The notes beneath the pieces are model-generated. The model ran no database searches. It saw only the letters and a program-made list of their open reading frames with translations, and had not been told where the DNA came from. DNA of 29,464 bases from Bacteroidaceae bacterium (GTDB lineage: Bacteria; Bacteroidota; Bacteroidia; Bacteroidales; Bacteroidaceae): contig JAFYMV010000074.1 of assembly GCA_017548225.1 (NCBI GenBank), positions 1 to 29,464 on the forward strand. The letters are read 5' to 3'. The stretch's first letter is position 1, and each line of letters starts with the position of its first letter. Of the stretch, positions 1 to 9,064 are shown one piece after another. The translations under genes and the position numbers were made by a program.

Positions 1-2
1 AG

Positions 3-134
3 AAGGGCGATAAGGTGAAGATAAATCAGCCGTTGGGACTCATACGCCCTGATGCTTCGGGGAACTATACCATGCAGTTCCAATTGCGTAAAGATACGCA
101 AAGTCTTAATCCTGAATTATGGGTTGCCTTTTGA
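3..134 (+). CDS. 3' end (partial) of a probable M23/EnvC-like murein hydrolase activator
   Basis: Frame 3 is open from the window edge: KGDKVKINQPLGLIRPDASGNYTMQFQLRKDTQSLNPELWVAF*. This resembles the C-terminal G-x-KV...LG...FQLRK...LNP..W end of Bacteroidales M23 proteins. Confidence 0.55.
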   Translation, partial: KGDKVKINQPLGLIRPDASGNYTMQFQLRKDTQSLNPELWVAF

Positions 135-167
135 TTGAGGTCGTCCCTTGTTACTGATATATAATAT

Positions 168-1025
168 ATGAATATTAATGATTGCCTTACCCAAGTAGTG
201 AGTGAACTTACCACTCCTAATGCTTGCGATGCGCTTCTCTATCATCATACCGATGGACATGCCTTGCCCTCGCTCGATAGGTTGAATGAGGTTATCGGCC
301 TATGTCGTGCCATCCTTTTCCCTGGTTACTTCGGACACTCAGGTGTCAGTAGCCATACGATAGCTTATCACACGGGTGTCAATGTGGAGAGCCTCTTTTA
401 TAAGCTTACCGAACAGATACAGGCGGGGTTGTGCTTCGATGAAGAGCAGGAGTCGGCCGATGCTGCTGCTATTGCAAGTCAGTTTATTGAACGCTTGCCT
501 CACCTACGCCGCTTGCTTGCCACTGATGTGGTGGCAGCTTACGAGGGTGACCCGGCTGCTACCAGCTATGGTGAGGTAATCAGTTGCTATCCTGCCATTC
601 GGGCTATCAGCAACTATCGCATAGCTCATGAATTGCACTTATTGGGTGTTCCGCTCATACCTCGTATTATCACCGAAATGGCTCATAGTGAGACGGGTGT
701 CGATATACATCCAGCTGCTACTATTGGCAGCCATTTTACGATAGACCATGGTACTGGTGTGGTTATCGGTGCTACCAGTATTCTAGGGAATCATGTGAAA
801 CTTTATCAAGGTGTTACTTTGGGCGCCAAAAGCTTTCCTCTTGATGAACAAGGCAATCCCATTAAGGGTATTGACCGTCATCCCATCCTTGAGGACAATG
901 TGATAGTATACAGTAATAGTACAATCCTTGGGCGCATCACCATTGGAAAGGATGCAGTCATTGGTGGTAATGTGTGGGTAACCGAAGATGTGGAGCCTGG
1001 TGCTAAAGTGCTGCAGCGTAGGTAG
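168..1025 (+). CDS. cysE: Serine O-acetyltransferase
   Basis: Contains DPAA, YPAIRAISNYRIAH, AHSETGVDIHPAATIG, IDHGTGVVIG, LYQGVTLG and RHP hexapeptide-repeat motifs typical of CysE. Confidence 0.92.
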   Translation: MNINDCLTQVVSELTTPNACDALLYHHTDGHALPSLDRLNEVIGLCRAILFPGYFGHSGVSSHTIAYHTGVNVESLFYKLTEQIQAGLCFDEEQESADAAAIASQFIERLPHLRRLLATDVVAAYEGDPAATSYGEVISCYPAIRAISNYRIAHELHLLGVPLIPRIITEMAHSETGVDIHPAATIGSHFTIDHGTGVVIGATSILGNHVKLYQGVTLGAKSFPLDEQGNPIKGIDRHPILEDNVIVYSNSTILGRITIGKDAVIGGNVWVTEDVEPGAKVLQRR

Positions 1026-1059
1026 GTCGTCTGTATTCATCTCGAATCTTTTAAAGAAA

Positions 1060-1091
1060 TTTGCGTCAATGAGGAAAGCTTCATATCTTTG
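1060..1091 (+). promoter_or_regulatory. Bacteroidetes housekeeping promoter for the GH95 pair
   Basis: TTTG (1060-1063), 20-nt spacer, TATCTTTG (1084-1091); matches the -33/-7 consensus TTTG...TAnnTTTG. Confidence 0.75.
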
Positions 1092-1148
1092 TAATCACTA
1101 TAGGATAGGAACAAACAATAAAATAAACTCTTCAAATCTTCTGTAACC

Positions 1149-3695
1149 ATGAAAAGAATCCACTCCGCACTTGTTGCGTTATTGTGTCTAGCTTTTACAA
1201 CCCAAGTGGTGTATGCTCAAAGCTATCACGAGGTGTCGTCAATCCAAGGTGTTGGCAACTATTCTCCTAAGAATCCTAATACGTTGTGGTATACTACTTC
1301 GTCAACGGCTACAGGGGTGAACTACCCGTGGATGGAGTATGCACTCCCTCTCGGTAATGGTGAACTCGGTTGTATGGTGTTTGGTGGTGTAGCTCATGAG
1401 GAGTTGCAGTTCAATGAGAAAACTCTTTGGAGTGGTCCGGCCAATGTTGTTGGTGCTGCCAGTGGTAATCGTACGTTCATGAATTTTGGTTCGCTTATCA
1501 TCGCCAATAAGGATGCTTCTATTTGTGATGGCGTTACGGACTATGTTCGCTACCTTGACATCGAAGAGGGTATTGCTGGTGTGGAGTTCAAGAATATGAA
1601 TGGGACCAAGCAGGTGCGCAAATACTTCAGCTCAGCTCCTGATCAAGTAATTGCAGGCCAGTACAAAAGTGAGGGCGCTGATAAATTAAGTCTGGTGTTC
1701 AGTCTCAACTCGGGTGAAGGTATCAATGCTAGTGAGGTCGTATACGAGGGGAATACTGCTTCATTCTCTGGTGCGATGACTGTAAGGTATGCGGCTCGCC
1801 TACATGTGATGGCTGACGAAAATGCTACGATAACTGCTACAGTCGATGGCATCACTGTGGAGAATGCCGTTGAGGTGACCTTCTACTTGAAGGGGGCTAC
1901 CAACTTCAATGGTGACATGGAGGTGCTTGATAACTATTTTACCGATGAAACCATCGAAGAGGTGGATGCCAAAGTAAAGGAGGGTATTGAGATGGCTGCT
2001 GCCAAGGGCTTTGAGGCTGTTGAGGCTGCCCATGTGGCCGATTTTGTGAGTATCACCAGTCGCATGACCTTCAACCTTGGCCTTGAAACTCCAAAGGTGG
2101 ATACCAAGACTTTGATAGATAGTTACTATCCCAACAATAAGGAGGGTAACAGCAAGGAGAACGACCATCTATTCCTCGAACAATTGTATTTCCACTATGG
2201 TCGCTATTTGGCTATCAGCTCAAACCGTAAGCCTATCGCTGCTCCCAACAACCTGCAGGGTATATGGAACGATCGTGGCGCTGATTCGCCTTGGAATTCT
2301 GATGTGCATACCAACATCAATATCCAGATGAACTATTGGCCTACTGAGATTACTAACCTTAGCGACCTACACAAGCCTTTCGTGAACTTTATCATTCGTG
2401 GAGCACAAAGCGAGGGTTGGAAAAAGGTAGGTGAGCGTTACAACGACGGCTATGGCTGGAGCGTGCTCACCGAATCGTCACTCTACAACAGTATGAGTAC
2501 TTGGGGAGATAACTATCTTGTTGCTAATGTATGGTATACTAGTCACCTATGGATGCACTATCGCTATACACAGGATAAGGAGTTCTTGAAAAAAGCCTTT
2601 CCAGTGATGTGGAGTGCGGCAGAGTTCTGGTTTCATCGCTTGATTGAGGATCGCGGGTTTGACAATACGGAAGATGAGCAGGCTAATGTGCGCAACTATC
2701 ATACTCCCTATAAGTTTGCCCCTGACGGCACATTTGTAGCACCTAATGAGTTTAGTGCTGAGCAACATGATAATCAAACCGAAGATGGTACAGCGCATGC
2801 ACAGCAGATGATATATTATCTCTTCACAAACATCAAGGAGGCTATTGATATCCTTGGAGCCAAGAAATTGGGCTTGACGGCAGTTGATATCGACAAGCTT
2901 GACTACTACCTCGAAAAGACCGACCGTGGTTTACATACCGAGATTTATACTGGTGCATGGGGTGAGACCTATAATGGCGTGAAGAAGGGTGACCAACTCC
3001 TCCGCGAGTGGAAGTATACTCCGTATGATATATCTAACGACCGCGGGCATCGTCACATGTCGCATGTAATGGCTCTTTTCCCCATGGACCAAATTACTCC
3101 CGAGAGTGAGTATTTTGTTCCTGCCGTAAACTCGCTCAAATTACGTGGTGATGTTGCGACGGGTTGGTCAATGGGTTGGAAAGTGAACCTTTGGGCGCGT
3201 GCTCAGGATGGCGACCATGCTCACCTCATTATCAAGAATGCTTTAAAACACTCTACTTCGTATGGTGTCAATGCTTGGGCAGGAGGTATCTACTATAATC
3301 TCTTTGACTCGCACGCTCCATTCCAGATTGATGGTAACTTCGGAGTATGTTCGGGTATAGCCGAAATGTTGATGCAGAGTGCACATGGCTATATTAATAT
3401 ATTACCAGCACTGCCTGCCGTATGGGAAGATAAAGGTGCGGTGACTGGCATGAAGGCTATGGGTAATTTTACCGTAGATTTTGATTGGAAGGATGGCAAG
3501 TGCCAGCAGGTGAAGATTGTGAGCCATACAGGAGCAAAACTTCGCGTTCGCTGTGTCCGTGGTGCTGTTAGTACTGCTGAAGCTAAAGTTACAGTTAATG
3601 GAAAGAAGGTGAAGGTGAAAGTTGACGAACATGGTATTGCTACCATCCCCTGCAAGAAGGGCTGCTCTGTAGAGATTGATTATGCGGGGCGTTAA
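1149..3695 (+). CDS. Glycoside hydrolase family 95 (alpha-1,2-L-fucosidase-like), signal peptide, catalytic module only
   Basis: Sec-type signal (…VVYA/QS); motifs ALPLGNG, LQFNEKTLWSG, QLYFHYGRYLAISS, NLQGIWN, HTNINIQMNYW, SAE, HRHMSH, GWSMGWK, HAPFQIDGNFG, AEMLMQSAHG, LPALP. Confidence 0.93.
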   Translation: MKRIHSALVALLCLAFTTQVVYAQSYHEVSSIQGVGNYSPKNPNTLWYTTSSTATGVNYPWMEYALPLGNGELGCMVFGGVAHEELQFNEKTLWSGPANVVGAASGNRTFMNFGSLIIANKDASICDGVTDYVRYLDIEEGIAGVEFKNMNGTKQVRKYFSSAPDQVIAGQYKSEGADKLSLVFSLNSGEGINASEVVYEGNTASFSGAMTVRYAARLHVMADENATITATVDGITVENAVEVTFYLKGATNFNGDMEVLDNYFTDETIEEVDAKVKEGIEMAAAKGFEAVEAAHVADFVSITSRMTFNLGLETPKVDTKTLIDSYYPNNKEGNSKENDHLFLEQLYFHYGRYLAISSNRKPIAAPNNLQGIWNDRGADSPWNSDVHTNINIQMNYWPTEITNLSDLHKPFVNFIIRGAQSEGWKKVGERYNDGYGWSVLTESSLYNSMSTWGDNYLVANVWYTSHLWMHYRYTQDKEFLKKAFPVMWSAAEFWFHRLIEDRGFDNTEDEQANVRNYHTPYKFAPDGTFVAPNEFSAEQHDNQTEDGTAHAQQMIYYLFTNIKEAIDILGAKKLGLTAVDIDKLDYYLEKTDRGLHTEIYTGAWGETYNGVKKGDQLLREWKYTPYDISNDRGHRHMSHVMALFPMDQITPESEYFVPAVNSLKLRGDVATGWSMGWKVNLWARAQDGDHAHLIIKNALKHSTSYGVNAWAGGIYYNLFDSHAPFQIDGNFGVCSGIAEMLMQSAHGYINILPALPAVWEDKGAVTGMKAMGNFTVDFDWKDGKCQQVKIVSHTGAKLRVRCVRGAVSTAEAKVTVNGKKVKVKVDEHGIATIPCKKGCSVEIDYAGR

Positions 3696-6600
3696 TTTTT
3701 TCCAATAAAAATAGTGTAAACCATAAAAATATACATTCGCCATGAGAAAAATATTTCTGATACTTGTGACTATCTTGTGCACACAATTGGTTGCACAAAC
3801 AACCGTGACAGACTTGTCTCAACTGAGCAATGAGAAGGTGTATACTTTGCGGAGTGAACGTGCGTTCTTGCTCTACAGCGCGGCTTTGCCGAGTGAAATA
3901 TGTTCGAGTAATGGTAAGTCTGTAGGTTCAGTGGGGTATTCATTAACTGACTCTAACCAACAGTTCCGCATCGAGAAGAACGGGGCTAACTACTACCTAT
4001 TTAGCGAAGGTGCAGGCAAATATGTAGGTGCCAATGGTAACTTTACAGAGACTCCATCGGCAGCTCTGTCGCTGACTAAAAGAAGTGGAAACTATCCTTG
4101 GATGCTTACAGTTGGTGGGCAGGGACTTAATTCACAAGATAGAGGACAGACTAATTCGGGCATCGTCGTTAATAGTTGGACTACAGCTGATGCTGGCAAT
4201 TGCTACCAACTTGCAGAGGCTGTGGCCAAGGCCAAGGTTTACTCGCTTACAGTGCTCGGTGCCGATGGCGGCATAACCTTTGATGACAGGCATTACCAGG
4301 ATGGCGATACCATTGAAATTAACAAGCCTATCAAGAATACTAGTTTTACGGCAACTCCTATTGACGGGAAGATTGCTATTGTAAGCATCGATGGCCTGGA
4401 TATCTATGTGAGCTATATGGATGCTGCTACCAAGTTCTACACGATGCGTGGAGGACATGGGGGTTATGTAAGCTTGGGAAGTGGTTACACTGAAGGGGGC
4501 AATCTGTTGCTTTCTAAGACCGATGCTCCGAAGGATAACAAAGGCCTTTGGGCTTTTGTATCTGTAAATGGTGGATACAAGGTGTATAATTATTCTACTG
4601 GTCTTTCTAAAGTGTTGGGCTTTACTGGCAGTGAGGCTGCTGCTCGCGCCACTATGGTAGCTCCTGACGTTACTACGCATACCACCACCTTTGAAGGAAA
4701 TGTTAAATTTGATGGTACTGCAGGATATATAAAACTGAAAGGTACAGGTAATTATTGGAACAAACGTGATAAATACCTAGCACTTTGGGGTTGTGGAAAC
4801 GAGCCTGCAGGTGACACTGGTAGCCAATTTTATCTTAGCGAAGCTGATTATGTAAGCTATCCCGATGAATACATTCATGAGATTACTGACATCACTGGCG
4901 TAAGCACTTACGAGCCCAAGAACCCCAACACCTTGTGGTATACTACCTCTGCAGAGGCTACAGGTGTTAGCTATCCTTGGATGGAGTATGCACTTCCTTT
5001 GGGTAATGGTGAACTCGGTTGTATGGTCTTCGGTGGTGTAGCTCATGAAGAGTTGCAGTTCAACGAGAAGACTCTCTGGAGTGGTCCCGCCAACACGATA
5101 GGTGTAGGTGGTGGTAATCGTACCTTTATGAACTTTGGTTCACTCATCATTGCCAATAAGGATGCATCCATTTGGGATGGTGTGACCGACTATGTACGCT
5201 ATCTTGATATCGAGGAGGGAATTGCTGGTGTGGAATTCAAGAATGCCAACGGTACCAAGCAGGTGCGCAAATATTTCAGCTCTGCTCCTGACCAGGTAAT
5301 CGCAGGTCAGTATAAGAGTGTGGGCGATGATATGCTGAATCTTGTCTTCAGTCTTGAAGCAGGATCAGGAATCAATGCCAGCAACGTAGTTTATGAAGGT
5401 AACACTGCGGCATTCTCTGGTGCCATGACGGTGAAATATGCAGCACGTCTGCACGTTGTTGCAAACGAAGGCGCCGAGGTGGTAGCTACATCCACCGGTA
5501 TCAGCGTGAATAATGCCTCTGAGGTGACCTTCTATCTTAAGGGGGCTACCAACTTCAATGGAGATATGGAGGTGCTCAATAATTATTTCACCGAAGAGTC
5601 TGTTGCTGATATCGGCAACAAGGTGGAGTCTGCTATTGAGTCTGCTATCGATAAAGGGTTCGAAGCTGTGGAAGATGATCACGTGGCTGATTTTACCGCT
5701 ATTACTAAACGCATGACCTTTGATCTTGGGCTTACTACTCCGAAGGTAGATACCAAAACTTTGATTGACAACTATTATCCCAACAATGGGAATGCTGATA
5801 GTAAGGAGAATGATCATCTTTTCCTTGAGCAACTCTATTTCCACTATGGTCGCTACTTGGCAATCAGTTCAAACCGCAAGCCTATTGCAGCTCCTAACAA
5901 CTTGCAGGGTATTTGGAACGATCGCGGTACTAATTCTCCTTGGAACTCGGATGTGCACACCAATATCAATATTCAGATGAACTATTGGCCCACTGAGATC
6001 ACTAACCTCAGTGATTTGCATAAGCCTTTCGTGAACTTTATTATCCGTGGAGCACAAAGTGCTGGTTGGAAGGAAGTTGGTAAGCGCTACAACGATGGTT
6101 ATGGATGGAGCGTACTCACCGAAACCTCACTTTATAATAGTATGAGTACTTGGGGTGATAACTACCTTGTAGCCAATGTATGGTATACTAGCCACTTGTG
6201 GACACATTGGCGCTATACTCAAGATAAGGAGTTCTTAAAGAAAGCTTTCCCTGTAATGTGGGATTGTGCAGAGTTCTGGTTTCACCGTTTGATCGAGGAC
6301 CGTGGTTTCGACAATACAAAGGACGAACAGGCCAATGTAAAGAACTATCACACTCCTTATAAATATGATCCCGATGGTACATTTGTTGCTCCTAATGAGT
6401 TCAGTGCTGAGCAGCACGATAACCAAACGGAGGATGGTACAGCTCATGCTCAGCAGATGATTTACTATCTCTTTACCAACCTTAAGGAGGCTATTGAGAT
6501 ACTCGGTGCTGACCAGTTGGATATCACGGCAGAGGATATTGCTAAACTCGATCTTTATCTTGAAAAGACTGACCAGGGTTTGCATACCGAAACATATACA

Positions 6601-7332
6601 GGTGCTTGGGGTGAAACCTATAATGGCGTAAAGAAAGGAGAGAAGCTCCTTCGCGAATGGAAGTATACTCCGTTTGATATCTCTAACGATCGTGGTCACC
6701 GTCACATGTCGCACATGATGGCTCTCTTTCCCATGGACCAGATTACTCCCGAGAGCGAATTCTTTACACCCGCAGTGAATTCACTCAAACTCCGTGGCGA
6801 TGCTGCTACAGGTTGGTCAATGGGTTGGAAGGTGAACCTTTGGGCGCGCGCTCAAGATGGAGACCATGCTCATATTATCATCAAGAACGCGTTGAAACAC
6901 TCTACTGATTATGGTACTAATGCTGGTGCTGGTGGTATCTATTACAACCTCTTTGACTCACATGCTCCGTTCCAGATTGATGGTAACTTTGGTGTATGTT
7001 CAGGTGTTGCTGAAATGCTTATGCAGAGCGCACATGGTTATATCAATGTGTTGCCCGCATTGCCCGCAGTATGGGAAGCGCAAGGTAAGGTTGCTGGCAT
7101 GAAAGCCATGGGTAACTTTACAGTAGGATTCCAATGGCAGGCAGGTAAGTGTGAGGCAATCCGTATTCAGAGCCATGCAGGTGCAAAACTTCGCGTTCGT
7201 TGTGCGCGTGGCGCGAAGTCAATGTCTGAAGCTACAGTGTTTGTAAATGGTGTTGCGACCGATGTGGCAGTTGATGCGAATGGTATAGCAACTATTCCTT
7301 GCAAGAAGGGTGATAATGTGGTGATCGAATTT
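1227..7332 (+). repeat. Diverged tandem duplication of the GH95 module (1227-3683 vs 4876-7332)
   Basis: The offset is 3649 nt at the start (HE motif), middle (NINIQMNYW, 2313 vs 5962) and end (EIDY vs VIEF), i.e. 819 colinear codons at these anchors. Many synonymous differences. Confidence 0.9.
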
Positions 7333-7470
7333 GTAGAGGGGGCTGACATAGTTACTCCCAAAGTTGAAAAAAAAAGCACAAAAATCTATTCTCTCGACGG
7401 TCGTCAAGTAACTAAAATGCAGCCTAAAACCATCTATATTGTTGATGGAAAGAAGGTGATGATCCCGTAA
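3742..7470 (+). CDS. Multidomain GH95 alpha-L-fucosidase-like protein with ~355-aa N-terminal extension and T9SS-like C-terminal tail
   Basis: Signal peptide (…LVA/QT); the same GH95 motifs from about residue 379; C-terminus KIYSLDGRQVTKMQPKTIYIVDGKKVMIP. Confidence 0.92.
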   Translation: MRKIFLILVTILCTQLVAQTTVTDLSQLSNEKVYTLRSERAFLLYSAALPSEICSSNGKSVGSVGYSLTDSNQQFRIEKNGANYYLFSEGAGKYVGANGNFTETPSAALSLTKRSGNYPWMLTVGGQGLNSQDRGQTNSGIVVNSWTTADAGNCYQLAEAVAKAKVYSLTVLGADGGITFDDRHYQDGDTIEINKPIKNTSFTATPIDGKIAIVSIDGLDIYVSYMDAATKFYTMRGGHGGYVSLGSGYTEGGNLLLSKTDAPKDNKGLWAFVSVNGGYKVYNYSTGLSKVLGFTGSEAAARATMVAPDVTTHTTTFEGNVKFDGTAGYIKLKGTGNYWNKRDKYLALWGCGNEPAGDTGSQFYLSEADYVSYPDEYIHEITDITGVSTYEPKNPNTLWYTTSAEATGVSYPWMEYALPLGNGELGCMVFGGVAHEELQFNEKTLWSGPANTIGVGGGNRTFMNFGSLIIANKDASIWDGVTDYVRYLDIEEGIAGVEFKNANGTKQVRKYFSSAPDQVIAGQYKSVGDDMLNLVFSLEAGSGINASNVVYEGNTAAFSGAMTVKYAARLHVVANEGAEVVATSTGISVNNASEVTFYLKGATNFNGDMEVLNNYFTEESVADIGNKVESAIESAIDKGFEAVEDDHVADFTAITKRMTFDLGLTTPKVDTKTLIDNYYPNNGNADSKENDHLFLEQLYFHYGRYLAISSNRKPIAAPNNLQGIWNDRGTNSPWNSDVHTNINIQMNYWPTEITNLSDLHKPFVNFIIRGAQSAGWKEVGKRYNDGYGWSVLTETSLYNSMSTWGDNYLVANVWYTSHLWTHWRYTQDKEFLKKAFPVMWDCAEFWFHRLIEDRGFDNTKDEQANVKNYHTPYKYDPDGTFVAPNEFSAEQHDNQTEDGTAHAQQMIYYLFTNLKEAIEILGADQLDITAEDIAKLDLYLEKTDQGLHTETYTGAWGETYNGVKKGEKLLREWKYTPFDISNDRGHRHMSHMMALFPMDQITPESEFFTPAVNSLKLRGDAATGWSMGWKVNLWARAQDGDHAHIIIKNALKHSTDYGTNAGAGGIYYNLFDSHAPFQIDGNFGVCSGVAEMLMQSAHGYINVLPALPAVWEAQGKVAGMKAMGNFTVGFQWQAGKCEAIRIQSHAGAKLRVRCARGAKSMSEATVFVNGVATDVAVDANGIATIPCKKGDNVVIEFVEGADIVTPKVEKKSTKIYSLDGRQVTKMQPKTIYIVDGKKVMIP

Positions 7471-7493
7471 GAATTGAATTTTAACTAGATTAG

Positions 7494-7528
7494 ACAAGGG
7501 AGGAGTCGTATGATTCCTCCCTTGTTTG
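7494..7528 (+). terminator. Intrinsic terminator after the GH95 pair
   Basis: ACAAGGGAGGAGTC-GTAT-GATTCCTCCCTTGT stem-loop followed by TTG. Confidence 0.8.
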
Positions 7529-7564
7529 TGTGCTTGTCCGATAGGATAAAAAATATTAAAATAT

Positions 7565-7595
7565 TTTGTACTCCTCTCACTTTGTCGTATTTTTG
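7565..7595 (+). promoter_or_regulatory. Housekeeping promoter of the PPIase-surA-ostA-mutL block
   Basis: TTTG (7565-7568), 19 nt, TATTTTTG (7588-7595). Confidence 0.65.
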
Positions 7596-7636
7596 TGGAA
7601 CATTAGTATTACAAAAGAAAATAAGACAAAAAAGAT

Positions 7637-9064
7637 ATGAAGAAACTATTATCGGCCCTTTGCGCTGTAGCTGTAGCGCTGCCAATGTTGGCACAAGTTA
7701 ATGACCCTATAGTAATGACCATTAATGGTGAGGATGTTACTCGCTCGGAGTTTGAGTATTCGTACAACAAAAACAATACAGACTTGGTCATTGATAAGGC
7801 TTCGCTTGATGAGTATGTAGAACTCTTTGTGAACTATAAGCTTAAGGTTGCTGCAGCCAAAGATGCACAACTTGATACGGTAGCTGCTTTTTTGAAGGAG
7901 GTGGCTGATTATCGTGCTCAACAAGCAGAAGAGTATCTACTTGATTCTGCATTTATTGAAGAGGAGGCTCATAAGACTTATGACGCAACAGTGAAGAATA
8001 TCGGTCCTGATGGTTTGTTCCAGGCATCTCATATCCTTATTCGTTTGTCGCAACAGGCTTCGGCTGCTGATCAGGCACGCGCAGAACAGCTCATAGACTC
8101 GCTCTATATGGAGTTGAAAAAAGGTGCTGATTTTGCAGAGATGGCCAGATTGTATTCCGAAGATCCGGGAAGTGCACGAGATGGTGGTATGTTGCCATGG
8201 CTTTTCAAGGGACAACTACTTAAGGAGTTTGAGGAAGTGGCATTGGCTATGCAGCCTGGAGAGTTGAGTCGTCCCGTACTTTCTCCCGTTGGTTACCATA
8301 TTATATATATGAATGGTCGTAAGCAGTTTGAACCCTATGAGTATCATCGTGAAGGCATACATCAGTTCTTGGAACAACGAGGAATACGAATTCAAGCAAA
8401 GCGATCAATGGGTAAGAAATTGGCCGCTCAGATGGGTGGTGGCATCACTCCACAACAAGCGCTTGAGCGTGCAGAGTCTGAACTTGATACTAAGTATCCC
8501 GAATTTGGTTTCTTGATGAAGGAGTTCTATGAAGGCTCGTTGCTTTATGAAATCAGTGTACGAGAGGTGTGGAACAAGGCTGCTAATGATGAGAAAGGCT
8601 TGGAGAAATATTTCAAGAAGAACAAGAAGAACTATCGCTATGACGAGCCAGTGTATCGTGGACTTGTGGTACATTGCATATCAGAAGATGTATTGAGTCA
8701 GGTAAAGAAGGTTGTAAAAAAGCAACCGCAAGAGGAGTGGGTGAAGATTATTCGTTCCACTTTTAATAGTGATTCTTTGATGCAAGTGCGCATGATACGC
8801 GGTCCTTTCACTGTGGGTAAGAATGTGTATGCAGACTATTATGCCTTTGGAAAAGGTGAACGCCCCGAAGCTGTGGCTTCATTGCCTTTTACGGGTATTG
8901 TAGGTAAATTGCAGAAGAAAGGTCCTGACACATATGCGGATGTGCGTGGAGAGGTTACTGCAGATTATCAAAACTTTTTGGAGCGGTTGTGGGTTAAGGA
9001 GTTGCGAAAGAAATATACAGTGGTGCTTTACCCCGAAGCGTTAGCAACAGTTAATCAACATTGA
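7637..9064 (+). CDS. Periplasmic PpiC/parvulin-type peptidyl-prolyl isomerase
   Basis: Signal peptide; rotamase motifs SHILIRL, GADFAEMARLYSEDPGSARDGG, FEEVALAMQPGELSRPVLSPVGYHII. Confidence 0.88.
   Translation: MKKLLSALCAVAVALPMLAQVNDPIVMTINGEDVTRSEFEYSYNKNNTDLVIDKASLDEYVELFVNYKLKVAAAKDAQLDTVAAFLKEVADYRAQQAEEYLLDSAFIEEEAHKTYDATVKNIGPDGLFQASHILIRLSQQASAADQARAEQLIDSLYMELKKGADFAEMARLYSEDPGSARDGGMLPWLFKGQLLKEFEEVALAMQPGELSRPVLSPVGYHIIYMNGRKQFEPYEYHREGIHQFLEQRGIRIQAKRSMGKKLAAQMGGGITPQQALERAESELDTKYPEFGFLMKEFYEGSLLYEISVREVWNKAANDEKGLEKYFKKNKKNYRYDEPVYRGLVVHCISEDVLSQVKKVVKKQPQEEWVKIIRSTFNSDSLMQVRMIRGPFTVGKNVYADYYAFGKGERPEAVASLPFTGIVGKLQKKGPDTYADVRGEVTADYQNFLERLWVKELRKKYTVVLYPEALATVNQH

Noticed and set aside
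1069-1084. Imperfect inverted repeat ATGAGG-AAAG-CTTCAT inside the GH95 promoter spacer (possible operator)
   Set aside because: Only 5 of 6 bp match, it is single-copy, and no regulator gene is nearby, so it cannot be told from chance.
1800-6714. Similar-looking antisense ORFs opposite the two GH95 genes
   Set aside because: The similarity simply mirrors the sense-strand duplication.
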